A stretch of DNA of 64,000 bases from Phycisphaerae bacterium (GTDB taxonomy: Bacteria; Planctomycetota; Phycisphaerae; UBA1845). Where the stretch lies: contig JAJDDW010000014.1 of the NCBI GenBank assembly GCA_029260115.1, forward strand, positions 10,069-74,068. Direction: 5' to 3'. The translations under genes and the position numbers were made by a program. The first letter of the stretch is position 1; each line of letters begins with the position of its first letter. Of this stretch, positions 59,869 to 64,000 are shown piece after piece. Below the pieces are notes generated by a model. That model was given only the letters and a program-made list of their open reading frames with translations, ran no database searches and was not told where the DNA came from.

Positions 59869-60720
59869 TTAGGAATCGCATGCTGCGGGCGTTACGAACT
59901 GAGGACTCGTTGGCGTTACTTCGTTGAACTGCTTCCACTGATTTATATGAAATTGTAGACGAGCCTGTGCTCTTGGCCACACCGCCTCCAAGGCGTAAGG
60001 GAGCCAGCAGCCTTTGCCTTCTAGGCGCTGATATTTTGATAAAGTTGATTCCATTTCAACTCGGCCATCTTTATCACGAAAGATTACTTTGCGAACCAAA
60101 TAGGGCGCACGCCGATCGATCCAATATTCTTTTTTGATGATGGGTACACTGTTAGTGCCGCCGCTAATAAATAGAATTTGCTGGTAGTCATCCACGATGC
60201 GCTGCATGCATGGGCTATTCGGTGACAACCCTGCGCCGGGTGGTAATACGGTCAGCCCTAGTGCCTCGATGAGCTGCGACGGGGAGATTGGCGCTTCAAG
60301 CGGAAGATCGCCCTCCTGGCCATGCTGTCCGCAGGAGAATGCTCCCTCTTCTTGGCTGTCGATCCAAAAATGCGTATCGTTTGAGCCTACCAACATCATG
60401 CGGCTACCGAGCTTTTTCATATCGAAACGCAGGAACGAAGGCGCGAGATAGAAAAGTGTTCCGTCTACATGGTAGTTTCGCAACTTACCTTCTTGTGTGG
60501 TAAAATACCCATCGACCACTCCGCGCGCACGCATGGTATTGTCGATGACGGCGGCATTGGCGTTGATGATCGTGGCGACCTCAAAAAGAGGCCGAGGCGG
60601 GGCTGGCGCGAGTGAGACTATTGGTTGAGAAGGGCAGCCGACGATCAATAAAGCCAGGCCGCTTAGTAGGATGCGGTTAATAGGAATTTTGATGCCCATT
60701 GGATTAAAAAGTCTGCTCAC
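59869..60720 (-). CDS. Hypothetical lipoprotein (LolA/DUF4292-like beta-barrel candidate)
   Basis: 283 aa. Signal peptide plus lipobox LLIVGC. Confidence 0.55.
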   Translation of the reverse strand: MSRLFNPMGIKIPINRILLSGLALLIVGCPSQPIVSLAPAPPRPLFEVATIINANAAVIDNTMRARGVVDGYFTTQEGKLRNYHVDGTLFYLAPSFLRFDMKKLGSRMMLVGSNDTHFWIDSQEEGAFSCGQHGQEGDLPLEAPISPSQLIEALGLTVLPPGAGLSPNSPCMQRIVDDYQQILFISGGTNSVPIIKKEYWIDRRAPYLVRKVIFRDKDGRVEMESTLSKYQRLEGKGCWLPYALEAVWPRAQARLQFHINQWKQFNEVTPTSPQFVTPAACDS

Positions 60721-61420
60721 CCGTTGTGTCCGTTTCCGAATCGATCGCGTCTGTTGCGTCAGCTTGCGCTTCGTTGGTCGCCTCCGAAGTCGTTTCGTCT
60801 GAAATCACTTGATCCAAACTCGATGTGTCCGAGCTGGCTTCGTCCATGTTGGCTTGGTCTAGAGCGGCTACGTATTCTCCCATATCCCCGTGAAGGATAG
60901 CGGTTAGCTGCTGACTCACGCCTTCAATTTGGTCATCTGTCAGGTGTGGATTGAGCACTTGGTGGACGGTTTGGTCTTTGATTAGTGTCATGGTCCATAA
61001 TTCTCGATCGTCAACGTCGGCTGAGCTGTCGTAGCGTAGCTTTCTTTTACGCATAAGAATCAGCGCGAGGACAAAACGAAACTGCAGGCGGACTTCAATT
61101 TGTTCGTCCGCTAATCTAGTGAAAAAATCTGAAAGTAGGTCGTCGTTTACGAGAAGCTTTTGTTTCTTAGCTTTGACTGCGACCTGTGCTTTGTAATGGC
61201 AATAGGCCCCCTCAGGAGGCCCTTTCCAGGCCTGAACGCTATAGTCTGCTCGGCGGAAGGACTCTCCGTCCTCGATGAGAACGGTGTGGAACACTTCGCC
61301 TTCGTCGAGCTTGCGCCCGGTTTCCACACATACACCGCTGGAATGTTCAACCTGATATTGTTGCTGAGCCATAGACATTTCGTTTTCCGCGCGGCTAGAG
61401 TTACATGACAGAACCGACAA
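60704..61420 (-). CDS. Hypothetical protein with acidic S/T/D/E-rich C-terminal tail; first gene of the minus-strand operon
   Basis: 238-aa ORF with a 17-nt overlap with the downstream lipoprotein gene. The C-terminus DEASSDTSSLDQVISDETTSEATNEAQADATDAIDSETDTTGEQTF is disordered and acidic. The start may be the internal Met at about 61378. Confidence 0.45.
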   Translation of the reverse strand: MSVLSCNSSRAENEMSMAQQQYQVEHSSGVCVETGRKLDEGEVFHTVLIEDGESFRRADYSVQAWKGPPEGAYCHYKAQVAVKAKKQKLLVNDDLLSDFFTRLADEQIEVRLQFRFVLALILMRKRKLRYDSSADVDDRELWTMTLIKDQTVHQVLNPHLTDDQIEGVSQQLTAILHGDMGEYVAALDQANMDEASSDTSSLDQVISDETTSEATNEAQADATDAIDSETDTTGEQTF

Positions 61421-61658
61421 AGTCAGTTCACTGTTTACATTGGAGAGACAGGGCTGCGATTCGTCAACCCATGCCGAGGCTGGCGGGGATTGTTACAGGA
61501 AAACACGATTGAATTGGGCTGTGAATTCGGCCGCAGGCGTTGCATCTAGATGGTGACGTGTTATGCTGTAAGTTGTTTATATCAGTTGTAGCTCGCTACG
61601 CGCTTATGCAGTTAGGTCAACGAGGATTGGACCTCGGATTCCCGCACGGAGGCGAAGA

Positions 61659-62657
61659 ATGGCCAGACGTCGCAGACGAAAATCTCGATCGGGACTGACG
61701 TTGGTCGTCCTATTAGCGACCGCAGTTGGTGCTTGGTATTGGCTGTATCGTGTTGATGGCCAAGAAAACGTAATCGACAGCCCGCTTGTTCTCGCCCCTC
61801 AGCCCACACTTTCCACGAATCGTCCATCCAGAATGGAAATCAGTAGGCCCCAGCCTGAGGTGACGGAAAAAGGTGGGGTAACCCCGGCCGCAACGCCGGC
61901 AATGACCACGCCTCAGCGGACGCAGGCGCTCATCAATGCCGGCAAGCAGGCGCTGGCTAGCAAAGACTTGATCGCAGCCCGGACGCATTTTAGCGAAGCC
62001 CTGTCGCTTGGCGTTGGTGATGAAGACGAGAAGTTTTTGCGGGGCGAGCTGTCGCGATTGGGCAACGATACTATATTCTCGCCGCGCATTATTGATGGCG
62101 ATCCGCACGTTGGCCGGTATATCATTAAGACGGGTGATACGCTGGGTAAAATCGCGGGGCAATTCCAAGTTTCAGACGATCTGCTGGCCACGATTAACGG
62201 CATTAGAAATAAAAATCTCATTCGCGTGGGTCAAGCACTAAAAGTTGTGCATGGCCCATTTCATGCGGTGGTCAATAAGAAAACCTTCACGTTGGACCTT
62301 TTTGTAGGCTCAACTTTTACTAGGCAATATCGCATCGGTCTTGGCGAAGACGGCAGCACGCCTACTGGCGAGTGGCAGGTCGGCACGAAGCTAAAAAACC
62401 CGCAGTATTATCCGCCGCGCGGGGGGGACATTATCGCAGCGGATGACCCTGCGAATCCGCTTGGCGAACGGTGGATTGGGTTGATCGGCATTAGCGGAGA
62501 CGCGATGGGCCAACGTCGCTACGGCGTTCATGGCACCATTGAGCAAGACTCCATCGGCCGCAATGCATCGCTGGGATGTATTCGCATGTACAATAAGGAT
62601 GTCGAGCAACTATACGACTGCTTGGTATCGAAGCATTCTACTGTGACAGTGGAATGA
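61659..62657 (+). CDS. L,D-transpeptidase (YkuD domain) with LysM peptidoglycan-binding domain
   Basis: N-terminal TM helix, LysM (YIIKTGDTLGKIAGQFQVSDDLLATINGI…VGQALKV), and a YkuD catalytic motif HGT…SIGRNASLGCIRM. Confidence 0.85.
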   Translation: MARRRRRKSRSGLTLVVLLATAVGAWYWLYRVDGQENVIDSPLVLAPQPTLSTNRPSRMEISRPQPEVTEKGGVTPAATPAMTTPQRTQALINAGKQALASKDLIAARTHFSEALSLGVGDEDEKFLRGELSRLGNDTIFSPRIIDGDPHVGRYIIKTGDTLGKIAGQFQVSDDLLATINGIRNKNLIRVGQALKVVHGPFHAVVNKKTFTLDLFVGSTFTRQYRIGLGEDGSTPTGEWQVGTKLKNPQYYPPRGGDIIAADDPANPLGERWIGLIGISGDAMGQRRYGVHGTIEQDSIGRNASLGCIRMYNKDVEQLYDCLVSKHSTVTVE

Positions 62658-62698
62658 CACTCCAGTTGTCGCAAGCTTGCAATAACGAGTAACCAGCC

Positions 62699-63241
62699 AT
62701 GGCTTTTATCAAAATCATTGACGAATCGCATGCGGAGGGACGGCTTGATCGCATTTATAAAGCTTCGATCGAACGGGCCGGGCGCATTGCGAACATTCTC
62801 AAAGTGCAGAGCACGAACCCGGCTGCGTTGCAAGGATGCATGAATCTGTACGTGGCTTCGACGGTGCAGGATAACGAGCATCTTAGCCGAGCACAGCGGG
62901 AGATGCTTGCGACCGTGGTGTCTAAGACCAACGATTGTTATTACTGAACGCAGGCCCACGCACGTGACCTCCGGGTTGAGGTCCAAGACGATGAACTGGT
63001 TGAGCAGATCAAAACGGACTACCGCCAAGCGGCGCTATCTGAGGTCGATCGAGCTTTGTGCGATCACGCGGTCAAGCTCACAAGGACGCCATCCAAAATT
63101 TCCCAAGCTGACATCGACCATTTGCGCTCGTTGGGACTATCCGATGAAGCCATCGGCGACGCTACGCAGGTGATCTCGTTTTTCAATTATATCAACCGCA
63201 TCGCCGAGGGGCTGGGGGTTGATTTGGAAGAGGGGATGTAA
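62699..63241 (+). CDS. Peroxidase-related enzyme / AhpD-like (carboxymuconolactone decarboxylase family), candidate selenoprotein with in-frame TGA (Sec) at 62945-62947
   Basis: ORFs 62699-62947 and 63056-63241 share a frame and are separated only by one TGA. Reading through it gives a 180-aa protein matching the peroxidase-related-enzyme family end to end (IDESHAEGRL…ANILKVQS…REML…VVS…NDCYY[TGA]TQAH…AVKLTRTPS…VISFFNYINRIAEGLGVDLE). The TGA occupies the position of the second Cys of the family's C-x-x-C motif, giving C-x-x-U. Confidence 0.6.
62966..62983 (+). other. Candidate bacterial SECIS-like hairpin downstream of the in-frame TGA
   Basis: gacctc-cgggtt-gaggtc is a 6-bp GC-rich stem with a G/U-containing apical loop. 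The stem starts 18 nt after the TGA and the loop sits 25-30 nt downstream, within the usual bSECIS window. Confidence 0.3.
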
Positions 63242-63493
63242 GGAATGGCGGCTTCTGACCATTATGAATTCCTCGCTACCGCTCGACACGTACGATTATA
63301 TATAAATAGTTGATTTTCCCCCGCCGTCCTTCTATTCTGCATCTCGTTAGGGTGTTACGTTCAGGTATACGCACGGGCTTATTGCTGGCTACGCGTAGTA
63401 TTATAGATCGTAACTCCGCGCGGGCTGAAGCCCGCGGCTCGATTAGGAAAGTTGACTGCGGCATTAATGTCGCATTCCAAAAAGGTTTGAATC

Positions 63494-64000
63494 ATGACCG
63501 TAGCTACATCATCACAGTTTGAGGCTATTGCGGCTGTTGACCCGGAAATTTTTCCTGTGATGCAGGCTGAACAGCAGCGGCAGGAAAATACCATTGAACT
63601 GATCGCATCGGAGAATCATGTCTCCAAAGCGGTGCTTGAAGCGCTGGGTTCGGTGTTTACCAATAAGTATGCCGAAGGGTACCCGGGTAAGCGCTACTAC
63701 GGTGGCTGCGAAAATATGGACATCGTGGAAGACCTCGCGCGAAATCGCGTGAAGCAGCTCTTTGGTTGTGACCATGCCAATGTACAACCTCATTCCGGTA
63801 GTCAGGCGAACGCGGCTGTCTACTTAGCTGCCTTGGTTCCGGGTGACACGATCTTGTCGCTCGATCTGGCACACGGTGGCCATCTTTCGCACGGACTCAA
63901 AGTAAACATGAGCGGGCTGCTTTATAACATTGTTTCGTATGGCGTGGACCGCGAAACGGAGCAGTTTGATTTTTCAAAAATTCGCAAGCTGGCGCTGGAA
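63494..64000 (+). CDS. glyA: Serine hydroxymethyltransferase, N-terminal part (truncated by window end)
   Basis: [20 protein letters not shown]…[39 protein letters not shown]…HSGSQAN is canonical SHMT sequence. The gene is absent from the ORF track because it has no stop inside the window. Confidence 0.9.
   Translation, partial: MTVATSSQFEAIAAVDPEIFPVMQAEQQRQENTIELIASENHVSKAVLEALGSVFTNKYAEGYPGKRYYGGCENMDIVEDLARNRVKQLFGCDHANVQPHSGSQANAAVYLAALVPGDTILSLDLAHGGHLSHGLKVNMSGLLYNIVSYGVDRETEQFDFSKIRKLALE

Noticed and set aside
62945-62947. In-frame TGA read as a simple nonsense mutation making the AhpD-like gene a pseudogene
   Set aside because: Both halves are otherwise intact and in the same frame. 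The stop lies exactly at the active-site Cys position, giving C-x-x-U, and a hairpin follows at SECIS distance. Recoding is the more economical explanation, though the pseudogene reading cannot be excluded without finding Sec machinery.
1-64000. tRNA, rRNA, IS elements, integrases, phage genes, CRISPR arrays
   Set aside because: None recognised on either strand by manual reading. Small RNAs cannot be excluded without a covariance-model scan.

Overview
This window reads as ordinary bacterial chromosome, probably Planctomycetota. The evidence is a DUF1559 'prepilin-type N-terminal + H-X9-DG' protein, IPTL-CTERM and dockerin-like secreted proteins, many lipoproteins and TPR/HEAT proteins, and about 50% GC. 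It is densely coding: about 43 CDS, two of them cut by the window edges. Reading by eye I found no rRNA, tRNA, CRISPR array, transposase, integrase or phage genes. Housekeeping genes include ilvE, lysS, a LolD/LolE-like ABC pair, recQ, maf, arfB, tal, glyA, a dGTPase-like HD protein, a HIT protein, an M19 dipeptidase and a LysM L,D-transpeptidase. Four things stand out. (1) An AhpD/peroxidase-related-enzyme gene is interrupted by a single in-frame TGA that sits where the second cysteine of the redox motif is expected, giving C-x-x-U, and a GC hairpin follows about 18 nt downstream. This looks like selenocysteine recoding rather than a pseudogene. (2) The uvrA locus is unusual. A canonical class I UvrA is split at the linker between its two ABC modules into two ORFs joined by an ATGA overlap. 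The C-terminal-half ORF continues without a stop into a second complete UvrA unit and then a roughly 335-aa internally duplicated C-terminal domain, 1703 aa in total. The operon also carries a lipoprotein, a hypothetical protein, arfB and a GT2 glycosyltransferase. (3) A minus-strand operon encodes a 1338-aa protein with an ExeA/GspA-like AAA ATPase head and about 1000 aa of coiled coil containing two in-frame tandem duplications. Downstream in the same operon are an RDD-domain membrane protein, a lipoprotein and an acidic protein. (4) A roughly 650-bp AT-rich islet carrying an orphan ORF lies between a Ser/Thr kinase gene and a DUF2237 gene. Other notable items are an octaheme HAO-family cytochrome, two divergently arranged SPFH/NfeD/flotillin modules next to a fatty-acid hydroxylase gene, a 1211-aa cysteine-rich secreted protein with dockerin-like repeats, and a clean rho-independent terminator at 16440-16467.
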